NCBI GenBank assembly: GCA_965204755.1
Contig: OZ242011.1
Span: 256,001 to 320,000 of the forward strand
Length of the DNA stretch: 64,000 nt
DNA from: Candidatus Marinacidobacterium sp.
GTDB taxonomy: Bacteria > Acidobacteriota > Vicinamibacteria > Marinacidobacterales > Marinacidobacteraceae
Direction of reading: 5' to 3'
The position numbers were made by a program, and so were the translations under genes. The notes under the pieces are model-generated. The model searched no databases, was not told the origin of the DNA, and saw nothing but the letters and a program-made list of their open reading frames with translations. Of this stretch, positions 49,891 to 60,623 are shown in pieces. Positions within the stretch are counted from its first letter, which is position 1. Each line of letters opens with the position of its first letter.

Positions 49891-51171
49891 TCAGGTAACG
49901 GCTTCCCGCCGGGCGAAGCGGGGGTTTCGGTACTCGCCGCTCGCGAGGATTTCGCGGAGCGACTCCACCGCGGCGCCGATGTCCCGGTACCGCAGGTAGA
50001 GCGGTGCGAAACCGAAGCGCATCAGGTCCGGCTCGCGGAAGTCGCCGACGACGCCCCGGGCGATGAGCGCCTGCACCACCGGGAAACCGTGTTCGTGGCG
50101 GAGCGAGACCTGGCTGCCGCGCTCCGCCGCGTTTCGCGGACTGGCCACTTCGACGCCGAACGGGGACAGCCGCTCGTCGGCCAGCCGGATGAAGAGGTCG
50201 CCGAGCGCGCGGCTCTTCGCTTCGAGTTCCGCGAGGGACACGCCGTCGAAACTCCGGAGGCCCTCTTCGAGCGCGGCGAGCGCGAGGATCGGCGGGGTCC
50301 CCGTGAGGAAACGCCGCATTCCCGGCGCCGGCCGGTACTCCGCGGGAAAGTCGAACGGACGGGCGTGGCCCATCCAGCCGCAGAGCGGTGTTTCCAACTC
50401 TTCCTGCCGCTCCCGGGCGACGAACAGGAACCCGGGGGCGCCCGGCCCGCCGTTCAGGTACTTGTAACCGCAGCCCACGGCGAACTCGGCGCCCGCGTCC
50501 CGGAGATCCACCGGGAACGCGCCGGCGCTGTGGCTCAGGTCCCAGACCACCGGGACGCCGACGCCCGCGGCGGCCTCCGTGAACCCCCGCAGACCGCGCT
50601 TCCGTCCGGTGCGGAAGTCCACCTGGGTGACGACCGCCGCGGCCACCGACGAGTCGAGGGAACCCTCCAACTCCTCCGGTTCCACCAGCCGCAACTCGGC
50701 GCGCTCCTCGCCGAGCAGCCGCGCGAGTCCCTCGGCCATGTAGAGGTCCGTGGGGAAGTTGCCCAGGTCGGACAGGAGGACCCGGCGCGGCGCCGAGCGG
50801 CGAAGGAGCGCCGCCAGCAGTTTGTAGAGGTTCAGCGAAACCGAATCGGCGGCGATGACTTCGTCTTCCGCCGCGCCGACCAGCGGGGCGATCCGGGCGC
50901 CCACCCGTTCGGGCAGACGGAACCACCCCCGGCGGTTCCAGGCGCCGATCAGGTCCCCGCCCCACTCGGCGGAGATCCGCCGGGACACTTCCCGCTCGAC
51001 CGTCCGCGGCGGCGGGCCGAGGGAGTTGCCGTCGAGGTAGGTCACCCCCTCCGGCAGGACGAAGCGCTCCCGGAAACGCGCCAGCGGATCGCGGCGGTCG
51101 CGCTCTTCCCACTCGGCGCTCCCCGCCAGGACGGCGGAGACGGCGGAGGACGCCGGCGCCGTTTCGAGCAC
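49891..51171 (-). CDS. kynU: Kynureninase
   Basis: YLDGNSLG, NFPTDLY, WDLSHSAG, GCGYKYLNGGPG, GWMGH, RGSQVS, DFREPD. Confidence 0.95.
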   Translation of the reverse strand: MLETAPASSAVSAVLAGSAEWEERDRRDPLARFRERFVLPEGVTYLDGNSLGPPPRTVEREVSRRISAEWGGDLIGAWNRRGWFRLPERVGARIAPLVGAAEDEVIAADSVSLNLYKLLAALLRRSAPRRVLLSDLGNFPTDLYMAEGLARLLGEERAELRLVEPEELEGSLDSSVAAAVVTQVDFRTGRKRGLRGFTEAAAGVGVPVVWDLSHSAGAFPVDLRDAGAEFAVGCGYKYLNGGPGAPGFLFVARERQEELETPLCGWMGHARPFDFPAEYRPAPGMRRFLTGTPPILALAALEEGLRSFDGVSLAELEAKSRALGDLFIRLADERLSPFGVEVASPRNAAERGSQVSLRHEHGFPVVQALIARGVVGDFREPDLMRFGFAPLYLRYRDIGAAVESLREILASGEYRNPRFARREAVT

Positions 51172-51177
51172 GATCCG

Positions 51178-51183
51178 ATTATA
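51178..51183 (-). promoter_or_regulatory. -10 box TATAAT, 6 nt before the kynU GTG (possible leaderless transcript)
   Basis: attata on + strand; perfect consensus at leaderless spacing. Confidence 0.55.
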
Positions 51184-51313
51184 GGAACGCCCCTCCCCGA
51201 CGCGCCCGCCGATACCCCCCTCCGACGCCCCCGCCGACCCTCCCGCCTCTTACACTGACTCCCCGGCCTCCGCGCGGCCGGCGCGCCCGAAACCACCCGA
51301 CCGCCCGACCCCG

Positions 51314-54300
51314 TTGCCCCCGACCGCCGCCGCCGGAACCCCTTCCCCGCTCGCCGGGTTCCACCCGGTCGTCCGGGACTGGTTCCTCGACCGGTTCGAC
51401 TCCCCCACCGAGCCCCAGCGCGAGGGCTGGCCGCCCATCGCCGCCGGGCGCGATGTCCTCATCACCGCGCCCACCGGCTCCGGCAAGACCCTCGCGGCCT
51501 TCCTCTCCGCGATCGACGCCGCGGCGCGGGACGCCTCGGCCGGCCGGCTCCGGGACGAGACCCGCGTCGTCTATGTCTCGCCGCTGCGGGCGCTCAGCGC
51601 GGACATCCGCGCCAACCTGGAAACGCCGCTCGCCGAGATCCGGGAACGAGCGGCCCGGCCCGGCGCGCCGCCCCTTCCCGAAATCCGCGCCGCGCTCCGC
51701 ACCGGCGACACCCCGGCGGCGGAACGCGCCCGGATGACCCGCCGGCCGCCGCATCTCCTCATCACCACCCCCGAATCGCTCTACCTGCTGCTGACCTCCC
51801 GGCGCGGACGCGAACTGCTCGCCCCGGCGCGGACGGTGATCGTGGACGAAATCCACTCCCTCGCCCGGGACAAGCGGGGCAGCCACCTGGCGCTGACCCT
51901 GGAGCGCCTCGACCGCGCCGCCGGACGAAGGCTGCAGCGCATCGGGCTCTCGGCGACGGTGAAACCCGTCGCGGAGATCGCGGCCTTCCTCAGCCCGCGC
52001 GCCCCCGGCCCGGAAGTGGTCGCGGTCGGCGGGCGGCGGCGGTTCGACCTCGGCGTCGAGGTCCCCGGAACCGAGTTGGGCGCGGTCGCCTCCCACGAAG
52101 TCATGGAGGACATCCGCAACCGGATCGCCGACCTGATCGGGGAGCACCGGACCACCCTGGTCTTCGTGAACACCCGCCGCATGGCGGAGCGGCTGACCCA
52201 CGAACTGCGCGAGCGGCTCGGCGCCGACGCCGCGCTCGCCCACCACGGCAGCCTCGCCCGGGACGCGCGCCTCGAAGCCGAGCGGCGCCTGAGGGCCGGC
52301 GAAGTCCGGGCGATGGTGGCCACGGCCTCGCTGGAGTTGGGGATCGACATCGGGACGATCGAACTCGTCTGCCAACTGGGTTCGCCCCGGTCGCTCTCCG
52401 CCGCCGTCCAGCGGATCGGCCGGTCCGGCCACTGGCGCGGCGCCACCCCGAAGGGCCGGCTCTTCCCGACCACCCGCGACGAACTCGTCGAGTGCGGCGC
52501 CCTCGCCGAAGGCCTCCTCGAAGGGGAACTCGACGCCTTGCGCCTGCCGAAGGCCCCGCTCGACATCCTGGCGCAGCAGGTCGTCGCCGAAGCCGGCGCG
52601 ACCGCCGACGAACCTTGGCCGCTCGACGACCTGTTCGCCTTCGTCCGGCGCGCCCACCCCTACCGCGGCCTCGACCGCGCCGCCTTCGACGAAGTCATCG
52701 CCATGCTCGCGGAAGGGGTGGCCACGACCCGGGGCCGGCGAACCGCCTTCCTCCACCGGGACGGCGTGAACGGGACGGTGCGCGGCCGGCGCGGCGCCCG
52801 GCTCGCCGCCACGCTGAACGGCGGCGCGATCCCCGAAACCGCCCAGTACCAGGTGGTCGCCGAACCGGAGGACCGGGTCGTCGGGCAGGTGGACGAGGAC
52901 TTCGCGGTGGAGAGTTACCGGGGCGATGTGTTCCTGCTCGGCACGACCGCCTGGCGGATCCGCCGCATCGCCCAAGGGCAGGTGCGGGTGGAGGACGCCC
53001 GCGGCGCCGCGCCCACCATCCCCTTCTGGCGGGGCGAAGCGCCGGGCCGGACCGCCGAACTGAGCGAGCGGGTCGGCCGGCTCCGGGAAGAGGTCGCGGA
53101 GGCCGACGAAGCGGCCGCCCGCCGCCGGCTCGTTGACGAATGCCGCCTGTCGGAATCGGGCGCCGACCAGGTGGTCCGCTACCTCGCCGCCGGGCGGGCG
53201 GTCCTCGGCGCCGTCCCCGGCCGGAGCACGGTGGTCGCCGAGCGATTCTTCGACGAGTCGGGCGGGATGCAACTCGTCATCCACGCGCCGTTCGGAAGCC
53301 GGGTGAACCGCGCCTGGGGCCTCGCCCTCCGGAAGCGGTTCTGCCGCTCCTTCGACCTGGAACTCCAGGCCGCCGCCACCGACGACGGCGTGAACCTGTC
53401 GCTCACCGACCTCCACTCCTTCGAACTCGCCTCGGTCTTCCGCTTCCTGAACCCCGACACGCTGACGCACACCCTCACCCAGGCGGTGCTGGGCGCGCCG
53501 CTCTTCGAGATCCGCTGGCGCCATGCGGTGTCCCGCGCGCTCGCCGTCCCCCGGCGGCGCGGCGGCGGGAAAGTGCCGCCGCCGATCCAGCGGATGCTCG
53601 CGGACGACCTGCTCGCGGCGGTCTTTCCCGACCAGGCCGCCTGCGCGGAGAACCTCTCCGGCGAAGTGCGCGTCCCGAAGCACCCGCTGGTGGACGAGGC
53701 CCTCGCCGAAGCGCTCGAAGCGACCCTCGACCGGGACGGGCTCGCCGAGGTCCTCCGCGCCATCGCCGCCGGGGAGATCCGGACGCTGGCGGTGGACTCG
53801 GCGGAAGCCTCCCCGTTCGCCGCCGAGATCCTGAACGCCAACCCCTTCGCCTTCCTCGACCCGGCGCCGCTGGAAGAGCGCCGCGCGCGGGCGGTGCGGA
53901 TGCGGCGCGCGCTGCCGCCGGAACTCGACGCCGAGGCGGTGCTCGACCCGGAGGCCGTCGCGCGGGCCGAGGCGGAGGCCCGCCTGCCGATGCGCGACCC
54001 GGACGAGGCGCACGACGCGCTGCTCACGCTCGGCGCCCTCCGCGAAGACGCCGGGGAACCGGGGTGGCCGGAGCGGGAGGCGCTGCTCCGGCAACTCGAA
54101 GGGGACAGCCGGGCCTTCCGTTTCTCCGTCGCCGGCGCCGCTTTCTGGACGGCCGCGGAACGGGCGCCGCTGGTCGCGAGGGTCTGGCCGGACGCCGACC
54201 TGCCGGAGGAGCGCGGGTCGGACCCGTTCCCGCCGGCGAAGGGGATCCCGGACTCGCGCGCCGGCGCGGCGGCGGAGGCGCTGCGCGGCTCACTGGACTG

Positions 54301-55738
54301 CTGCGGCCCCCGGACGGCCTCCGAACTGGCGGCGGGGCTGGCGATACCGGAGAGGACGGTCGCCGACGCGCTGGCGCTGCTCGAAGCCGAGGGAACGGTG
54401 CTGCGCGGCTCGTTCCGCCCGACCGACCACGGCGCTACCGGCCCCGGCGCGACCGGCGCGACCGACCACGGCGCGACCGACCATGGCGCGATCGGGGCGG
54501 CGCCGCCGACCGAGGAGTGGTGCCACCGCCGGGTGCTCGCCCGCATCCACCGCCTGACCCTGGCCGGCCTGCGGCGCGAGTCGGCGCCGGTGAGCGCCGC
54601 CCGGTTCCTCGACTTCCTCGTCTCCTGGCAGCGCGCCGCGCCCGCGACCCGGCGCCGCGGCCCGGCCGGGGTCTCCGAGGCGCTCACCCAACTCCAGGGC
54701 CTCGAAGCGCCGGCGGCCGCCTGGGAGTCGCAGTTGCTGCCCCTCCGCGTGGCCGGGTACCGGCGCGACTGGCTGGATTACCACTGCCTCTCCGGCGAGA
54801 TGGTCTGGGGCCGGGTCTCCCCGCCGGCCGCCGCGCCCGCCCCGGAGGACGCGCCCCGCGCCGCCCGGCCCACGCGCTCCGCGCCGATCGCGCTCCTGCC
54901 ACGGAGCGCCCTGGCCCTGTGGCTCCGGCTCGGCCGCGCCTCCGGGGCGGCGGTTCCGCCGAGCGCCGCCGCTCGGACGGTGCTCTCCCTGCTCGAACGG
55001 CGGGGCGCCTCCTTCTTCGCCGACCTGGAGAGCGCTTCGGGCCTGGTTCCGGCCGAGGTCGAGGACGCGCTCTGGGAACTCGCCGCCTCCGGGCGGGTCA
55101 CCGCCGACGGCTTCGACAACCTGCGCGCCCTCATGGACCCCCGGCGGCGGAGCGCGTTCGGCCGGTACCGGCGGCGGAAGGCGCGCTACTCGCCGGGCCG
55201 CTGGGCGCTCCTCGGCCCGGCGGGGCCGCCGCCGGAAGGGAACGGCGCAGCGCCCTCGGACGCGGACCTCGACGAGGAAGCCGCGCGGCGGCTGCTCGAC
55301 CGCTGGGGCGTCCTGTTCCGGGAGTTGCTGAAACGGGAGCGGCTCGAAGGCCGGTGGCGCCCGCTGCAACTGGCGCTCCGGCGGCTGGAGATGCGCGGCG
55401 AAGCGGTGGGCGGGCAGTTCGTCTCCACCTTCCCCGGCGAGCAGTTCGCGCTGCCGGCGGCGGTGGAGGCTCTCCGCCGCCTCCGGCGCGACGGGGAGGG
55501 CGCCGCCGCCGGGGAACCGCTCACGATCGGCCCCGCCGACCCGCTCAACCTCTCCGGGATCCTGCTCCCGGGCCCGCGGATCCCGGCTTCCTCGCGGGGA
55601 CTCCTCCGGCTCTTCCGGGGGGCCGTCACCCCGGCGCCCCCCGGCGCTTCGCTCTCCGGTCTCCCGGCCCGGCCGCCGGCCGCCCTCGCCGGCGGACGGC
55701 CCGGCGCCGCCGCCGCCGCGGTCGGCCCACCCGCCTGA
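51314..55738 (+). CDS. lhr: Lhr-family ATP-dependent DEAD/DEAH helicase with C-terminal winged-helix domain
   Basis: APTGSGKT, TTPESL, DEIH, LSAT, ATASLELGID, QRIGRSGH, LP.RV..Y...WLD. Confidence 0.92.
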   Translation: MPPTAAAGTPSPLAGFHPVVRDWFLDRFDSPTEPQREGWPPIAAGRDVLITAPTGSGKTLAAFLSAIDAAARDASAGRLRDETRVVYVSPLRALSADIRANLETPLAEIRERAARPGAPPLPEIRAALRTGDTPAAERARMTRRPPHLLITTPESLYLLLTSRRGRELLAPARTVIVDEIHSLARDKRGSHLALTLERLDRAAGRRLQRIGLSATVKPVAEIAAFLSPRAPGPEVVAVGGRRRFDLGVEVPGTELGAVASHEVMEDIRNRIADLIGEHRTTLVFVNTRRMAERLTHELRERLGADAALAHHGSLARDARLEAERRLRAGEVRAMVATASLELGIDIGTIELVCQLGSPRSLSAAVQRIGRSGHWRGATPKGRLFPTTRDELVECGALAEGLLEGELDALRLPKAPLDILAQQVVAEAGATADEPWPLDDLFAFVRRAHPYRGLDRAAFDEVIAMLAEGVATTRGRRTAFLHRDGVNGTVRGRRGARLAATLNGGAIPETAQYQVVAEPEDRVVGQVDEDFAVESYRGDVFLLGTTAWRIRRIAQGQVRVEDARGAAPTIPFWRGEAPGRTAELSERVGRLREEVAEADEAAARRRLVDECRLSESGADQVVRYLAAGRAVLGAVPGRSTVVAERFFDESGGMQLVIHAPFGSRVNRAWGLALRKRFCRSFDLELQAAATDDGVNLSLTDLHSFELASVFRFLNPDTLTHTLTQAVLGAPLFEIRWRHAVSRALAVPRRRGGGKVPPPIQRMLADDLLAAVFPDQAACAENLSGEVRVPKHPLVDEALAEALEATLDRDGLAEVLRAIAAGEIRTLAVDSAEASPFAAEILNANPFAFLDPAPLEERRARAVRMRRALPPELDAEAVLDPEAVARAEAEARLPMRDPDEAHDALLTLGALREDAGEPGWPEREALLRQLEGDSRAFRFSVAGAAFWTAAERAPLVARVWPDADLPEERGSDPFPPAKGIPDSRAGAAAEALRGSLDCCGPRTASELAAGLAIPERTVADALALLEAEGTVLRGSFRPTDHGATGPGATGATDHGATDHGAIGAAPPTEEWCHRRVLARIHRLTLAGLRRESAPVSAARFLDFLVSWQRAAPATRRRGPAGVSEALTQLQGLEAPAAAWESQLLPLRVAGYRRDWLDYHCLSGEMVWGRVSPPAAAPAPEDAPRAARPTRSAPIALLPRSALALWLRLGRASGAAVPPSAAARTVLSLLERRGASFFADLESASGLVPAEVEDALWELAASGRVTADGFDNLRALMDPRRRSAFGRYRRRKARYSPGRWALLGPAGPPPEGNGAAPSDADLDEEAARRLLDRWGVLFRELLKRERLEGRWRPLQLALRRLEMRGEAVGGQFVSTFPGEQFALPAAVEALRRLRRDGEGAAAGEPLTIGPADPLNLSGILLPGPRIPASSRGLLRLFRGAVTPAPPGASLSGLPARPPAALAGGRPGAAAAAVGPPA

Positions 55739-55756
55739 GCGGGGCTCGACCAGCGG

Positions 55757-57118
55757 ATGGCGCCGACCGGCGGCGACCCGGTCCGGGAGGCCGTCCGGGA
55801 GGCCGTCCGGGAGGCCGCCGCCGGGTTCGCCCGGCAGTACGGAGCGCCCCCGGAGGCCGTCGTCTTCGCGCCCGGCCGGGTGAACCTGATCGGCGAGCAC
55901 CTCGACTACTGCGGGCTCCCGGTCCTCCCGGCGGCGCTTTCGCGGGGGCTCGCGCTGGCGGTCCGGCGAAGGGACGGCCCCCGGGTCCGCTGCGCGACGA
56001 CCGAGCCGGGCCACGACCCGGTGGACTTCACGCCCGCCCCGCCCGAATCGTCCGCCGGCGGCCCGGGGGAAGCGCGGGCGGGGGCGGGATTCGGGCGATA
56101 CCTGGCCGCTTCCGTCGAGGGACTCCGCCTCGGCGGCCGGCTGCCCGACGGCGGCGCCGCGGGTTTCGACGGCTTCCTGGCGTCCTCCCTGCCGGCCGCC
56201 TCCGGGCTCTCCTCTTCGTCGGCGCTGGTGGTGGCCGGCGCGCTGGCGCTCCTGTTCGCGAACGGCCGCCTCGCCCCCGGGGACGAACTCGACCTGCCGG
56301 AGCGGATGCGCCTCGCCGCCGACCTGGCGGCGGCGGAGCGCGGCGCGGCCATCCGGGGCGGGGCCATGGATCAGTCGGTCTGCCTCGGGGCCGCCGCCGG
56401 CCACGCTCTCCTGATCACCTCCGAACCGGCGCGGTGGACTCCCGTCGCCGTTCCCCCGGCCCGCTTCGCCTTCCTCGCGGCGTTCACCGGGGAGCGCGCC
56501 GAGAAGGGCGGGGCGGCGAAGGAGACCTACAACGCGCGGGTCGTCGAAGCGGCGGCCGCCCTCGCCGAACTGTGGAAACTCCTCGGGGCGCGCGGCAGCC
56601 ACCGGACCCTGATCGATCGATACCCGGAAGCGGTGCTCCTGGAAGCGGTCCGGCGGCTCCCCCCGCCGCTCGACCGGCGGATGCGGCACCTCGTCACCGA
56701 GACGCACCGGGTTGGCCGGGCGGTCCGCTGCCTACGCGAAGGCGCCGCCGAGGAACTCGGCGCGCTGCTCGACGCCTCCCACCGCAGTCTGCGGGAGGAC
56801 TACCGGGTCAGCGCCCCGGCGCTCGACGCCCTGGTGGACGAGGCCCGGGGCGCGGGCGCGCTCGGCGCCCGCCTCACCGGCGCCGGCCTCGGCGGCTCGG
56901 TCGTCGTCCTCACCCGCCCCGAAGACCGCGAAGCCGTCGCCGCGCGCCTCCGCGACCGGTTCTACCTTCCCCGCGGCATCCGGGAACCGTCACGGAAGCA
57001 CCTCCTCGACGGAACCCCCTCCGGCCCCGCCGCGCTGCTCCCCCGCTCGCGGCGCCGAGCGCCGGCCGGCCGGGCCGACGCAGGCCGCCGCGCCCCGCCG
57101 CGCCGGACCGCGCGGTGA
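55757..57118 (+). CDS. galK: Galactokinase (GHMP kinase)
   Basis: APGRVNLIGEHLDY, P.ASGLSSSSA, MDQ, GARLTGAGLGG. Confidence 0.88.
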   Translation: MAPTGGDPVREAVREAVREAAAGFARQYGAPPEAVVFAPGRVNLIGEHLDYCGLPVLPAALSRGLALAVRRRDGPRVRCATTEPGHDPVDFTPAPPESSAGGPGEARAGAGFGRYLAASVEGLRLGGRLPDGGAAGFDGFLASSLPAASGLSSSSALVVAGALALLFANGRLAPGDELDLPERMRLAADLAAAERGAAIRGGAMDQSVCLGAAAGHALLITSEPARWTPVAVPPARFAFLAAFTGERAEKGGAAKETYNARVVEAAAALAELWKLLGARGSHRTLIDRYPEAVLLEAVRRLPPPLDRRMRHLVTETHRVGRAVRCLREGAAEELGALLDASHRSLREDYRVSAPALDALVDEARGAGALGARLTGAGLGGSVVVLTRPEDREAVAARLRDRFYLPRGIREPSRKHLLDGTPSGPAALLPRSRRRAPAGRADAGRRAPPRRTAR

Positions 57119-57304
57119 CGGCTGCGCCTCCGGGCAGTCCCGGACCGCCTCGGCCGCCCGCCGATGCCGCCGATGAATTCCTGCCGGGCCGCTACCGGGA
57201 TCCCGCGCCCGCCGGGACTCTCATCGGGGCCTCCCGCGCCGCGCCGAAGTCGTAGTCCGGCAGGAGAACCGGGCGCGATTCGTCTCGAGCCGCGCGCGCG
57301 CCCC

Positions 57305-58608
57305 TCATCGCGCTTCCGCCGACCCGCACGGCGGCGGATGCTCCTCCAGGTATCGCCACAGCGCCTCCGCGGCCAGGCGATGCCCCTTCGGGGTCCAATG
57401 CCGGTCCCGGGAGGAGAACCAGGTGTCGCCGCCCTTCTCCCCGAGCCCGTCGATCCCGTCGCGCGCGCTGACGACCGGAATGCCGAGTCGTTCGGCCAAC
57501 CGCCGCATCGCCACCGATTCGGGGGATTCGTCATAGTCGGCCAACAGCAGGAGCAACTCGAAACCGTCGCGCCGCCCGCGCCTCCGGAACTCGGCGAGGG
57601 CGAAGGAAGTGGAGTCGTACGCCTCCCGGATGACCGGCGCCATCGCGGCTCCGTAGGTTTCGGCGTGGTCTATGGAATACGCGGCGAACGCGCGAACGAT
57701 CGACGCGGGAGGCCGCCACCCGGACAGGACCGGCCAGGCGGAACGGAGCCGCCGCCAACTGTCGCGGCGCGCCGCCTGGATTCGCTCCGGCGCGCCGGCG
57801 ACGACTCTCCGAACCTGCCGGGCCAGGGCGCTCGAAAGCGCCGCGCGCCCGGCCCCGGTCCCGACTCCGGCGCGACTCGGCCGATCGACGCGGCCGGACG
57901 ACTGGCCGGACGATTGGGAGGACGACCGGCATGACGACCGGTATGACGACCGGGGCAGTCGCAACCGGTAACTTCCGTCCTCGCCCCGAACCGCGGAGGC
58001 CCAGGAGGTGCACCCCGGCGCCCGCCGGTGGAGCACGGCGCGAAGAAGCCGGGAGTTTTCCGCGAAGTCGTTTCGGCGGGTGACGAGGACGACGACCGCC
58101 GGGCTCATCCTCCGGATGTAGGCGTCATGGAACGGGACCTGTTGGACCTGACCGGTTCCCCCTCGTCCGAACGCCGAAGTCGTGAGGTTCCAGTCCGGCC
58201 GGTCGCGCGCCGCCAGCGCCTCCAGTCGGACCTGCAACTTGTCGGCCACCTCGACCTCCCGCGCCTCGACGAAGGAATCCCCGACCAGAGCGACATGGCA
58301 ACCCGATGCCGCCCGCCGCGGCGAGATCGGTTCCCGGTCGAGGAAGCCGAGCCGGTTCGCCCTCGAGATCGTCCAGAAATCGCGGAGGTTCGTATGCCGC
58401 ACTTCCTCGTGCGGTTGCCACAGGACGCCCACTTCCGGAACGAAGCGACCCGGAATCGAACTGTCGACGAACGGAAACGACCGGTCCGGCGACACCGCGG
58501 CGGCGAGCGCGAGAGCCCCCACGCCGAGGAGCGGGAGGAAGAACGGAACCCGCCCGAATCGCCCGGTTCGAGTTGCCCCCCCCCCCCCCCCCCCCCCCTA
58601 TCGGTCAT
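57305..58608 (-). CDS. SGNH/GDSL (AlgX/AlgJ-like) hydrolase/acetyltransferase; ATG 58608 is out of frame with the gene body across a G23 tract
   Basis: NRLGFLD, LVGDSFVEA, NDF, DRHWT..GH; in-frame hydrophobic N-terminal segment lies just downstream of the poly-G. Confidence 0.72.
58576..58598. repeat. C23/G23 homopolymer
   Basis: Direct count 5+10+8 C; coding strand reads ATG ACC GAT A(G)23 CAACT. Confidence 0.9.
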
Positions 58609-58796
58609 CGCCGGGCCGGAGCCGACGGCGCCGGCAGCGCCGGCGGCGCCGGAAGCCGAGCCGCGCGGGACTCCGCGAGTCCTCGCCGCCGCCGAAGCGC
58701 CCGCTGCCTTCGCCTCGGTCCCGCCGGCTCGCGCGGCGGCGGGCGCTTCTTCCATCGCCACGGTCACGCCGAGTCGCGCGGCGGTACGGGGTTTCG

Positions 58797-60620
58797 TCAA
58801 ACCACGCGCTGACGGATGAGGGCGACGCACTCCTCCGGGGACCGCGCCGCCGTGTCCAGGCGGATGTCGGGACTCTCCGGCGGTTCGTAGGCGCTCCCGA
58901 CGCCGGTGAAGTTCTTCAACTCGCCGCTCCGGGCCCGCGCGTAGAGCCCCTTCGGGTCGCGCTCCTCGCAGGTTTCGAGCGGCGCGTCCACGAAGATCTC
59001 GAGGAAACTCCCCGGGGCGAACAACTCCCGGGCCAGGGCCCGCTCCGCGCGGTAGGGACTGATGAAGGAGACGATGACGATCAGGCCGGCGTCCACCATC
59101 AGGCGCGCCACTTCGGCGACCCGGCGGATGTTCTCCACGCGGTCCGCCTCGGTGAAACCCAGGTCGCGGTTCAGCCCCAGCCGCACATTGTCCCCGTCCA
59201 GCACATAGGTATGGCGGCCCTCCGCGGCGAGCCGCTTCTCCAGCAGGTTGGCGATCGTGGACTTCCCCGCGCCGGAGAGCCCGGTGAGCCAGAGACACCG
59301 CGGCTGCTGCGACAGCGCGGCGGCCCGCGTCTCCCGGGTGACTTCGAAGTCCTGCCGACGGACGCTGGCCGACCGCATCAGCGGGAAGCGGATCATGCCG
59401 GCGCCCAGCGTCGCGCGGGTAACCCGGTCCGTCAGGATGAAACCGCCGAGGGTCCGGCTCTGTTCGTACCGGGCGTAGGGAAGCGGCCGGTCGGTGACCA
59501 GGTTCACGGCGCCGATGTCGTTGAGCGCGAGCGTCGGCGCCGGGCGGGTTCGACCGTCGGTCACATCCAGCCGGTGCCGGATCCGCGTCACCGCGGCCCC
59601 GGTTTCCATCGTATGGATCTTCAACCGGTACGGGCGACCGACGACCAGCGGCTCGTCCCCCATCCAGAGCAACTCCGCCCGGAACTGCTCCGCGGTGTCC
59701 ACCGGGCGGTCCGCGGCCGCGATCACATCGCCGCGGCCCGCATCCACCTCGTCCTTGAGCGTGAGCGTGACGGACTCCCCTTCCCCGGCGCGCGGCAGGG
59801 CGCCCCGGAAGACGACCACTTCGTCCACTTCGGTTTCGATACCAGAAGGCGCGACCGCGACCCGGTCGCCGGGCGCGACCGAACCGGAGGCGACGCGCCC
59901 CTGGTACCCGCGAAACCCCTCGCTCGGACGGTTCACATACTGGACCGGCATCCGGAACGGCGCTTCGCCGGAGGAGGACTCGACCTCCACCGTCTCGAGG
60001 TGGTCGAGCAGGGTCGGGCCCGAGTACCAGTTCCCCGACTCGCCGCGAACGGTCAGGTTCTCGCCGCTGACCGCCGAGACCGGAATCAACGCCGGCTCGG
60101 CCACGCCGATCCCTTCGGCGAGGGCCCGGTAGTCCCGGCCGATCTCCTCGAACCGGGTCCGGCTCCAGTCCACCAGGTCCATCTTGTTCACCGCGGCCAC
60201 CAGGAAGCGGACGCCGAACATGGCCGCGATCCGGGTATGCCGGGCGGTTTGGGGAAGGACTCCCTTCCGCGCGTCGAGGAGCACGACCGCCAGGTCGGAG
60301 ACCGAGGCCCCGGTCGCCATGTTCCGGGTGTACTGCTCGTGGCCGGGGGCGTCGGCGACGAAGAACTGCCGGCGCGGGGTCTCGAACCGGCGGTAGGCCA
60401 CATCGATGGTGATCCCCTGTTCCCGCTCGGCGGCGAGGCCGTCCATGAGCAGCGCCAGGTCGGCTTCGGCGCCGCGCGTGCCGAAACGTTTCGAGGCGCG
60501 CTCCACCGCGCCGAACTCGTCCTCGAAGACCGCGCGGCAGTCGTGGAGCAGCCGGCCGATGAGGCTGCTCTTGCCGTCGTCCACGCTGCCGCAGAGGACC
60601 AGGCGGAGCGGGGGGAGCAC
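58797..60620 (-). CDS. cysNC: Bifunctional sulfate adenylyltransferase subunit 1 / adenylylsulfate kinase
   Basis: [39 protein letters not shown]; then [24 protein letters not shown]. Confidence 0.93.
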   Translation of the reverse strand: MLPPLRLVLCGSVDDGKSSLIGRLLHDCRAVFEDEFGAVERASKRFGTRGAEADLALLMDGLAAEREQGITIDVAYRRFETPRRQFFVADAPGHEQYTRNMATGASVSDLAVVLLDARKGVLPQTARHTRIAAMFGVRFLVAAVNKMDLVDWSRTRFEEIGRDYRALAEGIGVAEPALIPVSAVSGENLTVRGESGNWYSGPTLLDHLETVEVESSSGEAPFRMPVQYVNRPSEGFRGYQGRVASGSVAPGDRVAVAPSGIETEVDEVVVFRGALPRAGEGESVTLTLKDEVDAGRGDVIAAADRPVDTAEQFRAELLWMGDEPLVVGRPYRLKIHTMETGAAVTRIRHRLDVTDGRTRPAPTLALNDIGAVNLVTDRPLPYARYEQSRTLGGFILTDRVTRATLGAGMIRFPLMRSASVRRQDFEVTRETRAAALSQQPRCLWLTGLSGAGKSTIANLLEKRLAAEGRHTYVLDGDNVRLGLNRDLGFTEADRVENIRRVAEVARLMVDAGLIVIVSFISPYRAERALARELFAPGSFLEIFVDAPLETCEERDPKGLYARARSGELKNFTGVGSAYEPPESPDIRLDTAARSPEECVALIRQRVV

Positions 60621-60623
60621 TAG

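Noticed and set aside
51314-55738. Lhr helicase as an anti-phage system
   Set aside because: Ordinary Lhr architecture, flanked by kynU and galK; no defence partners
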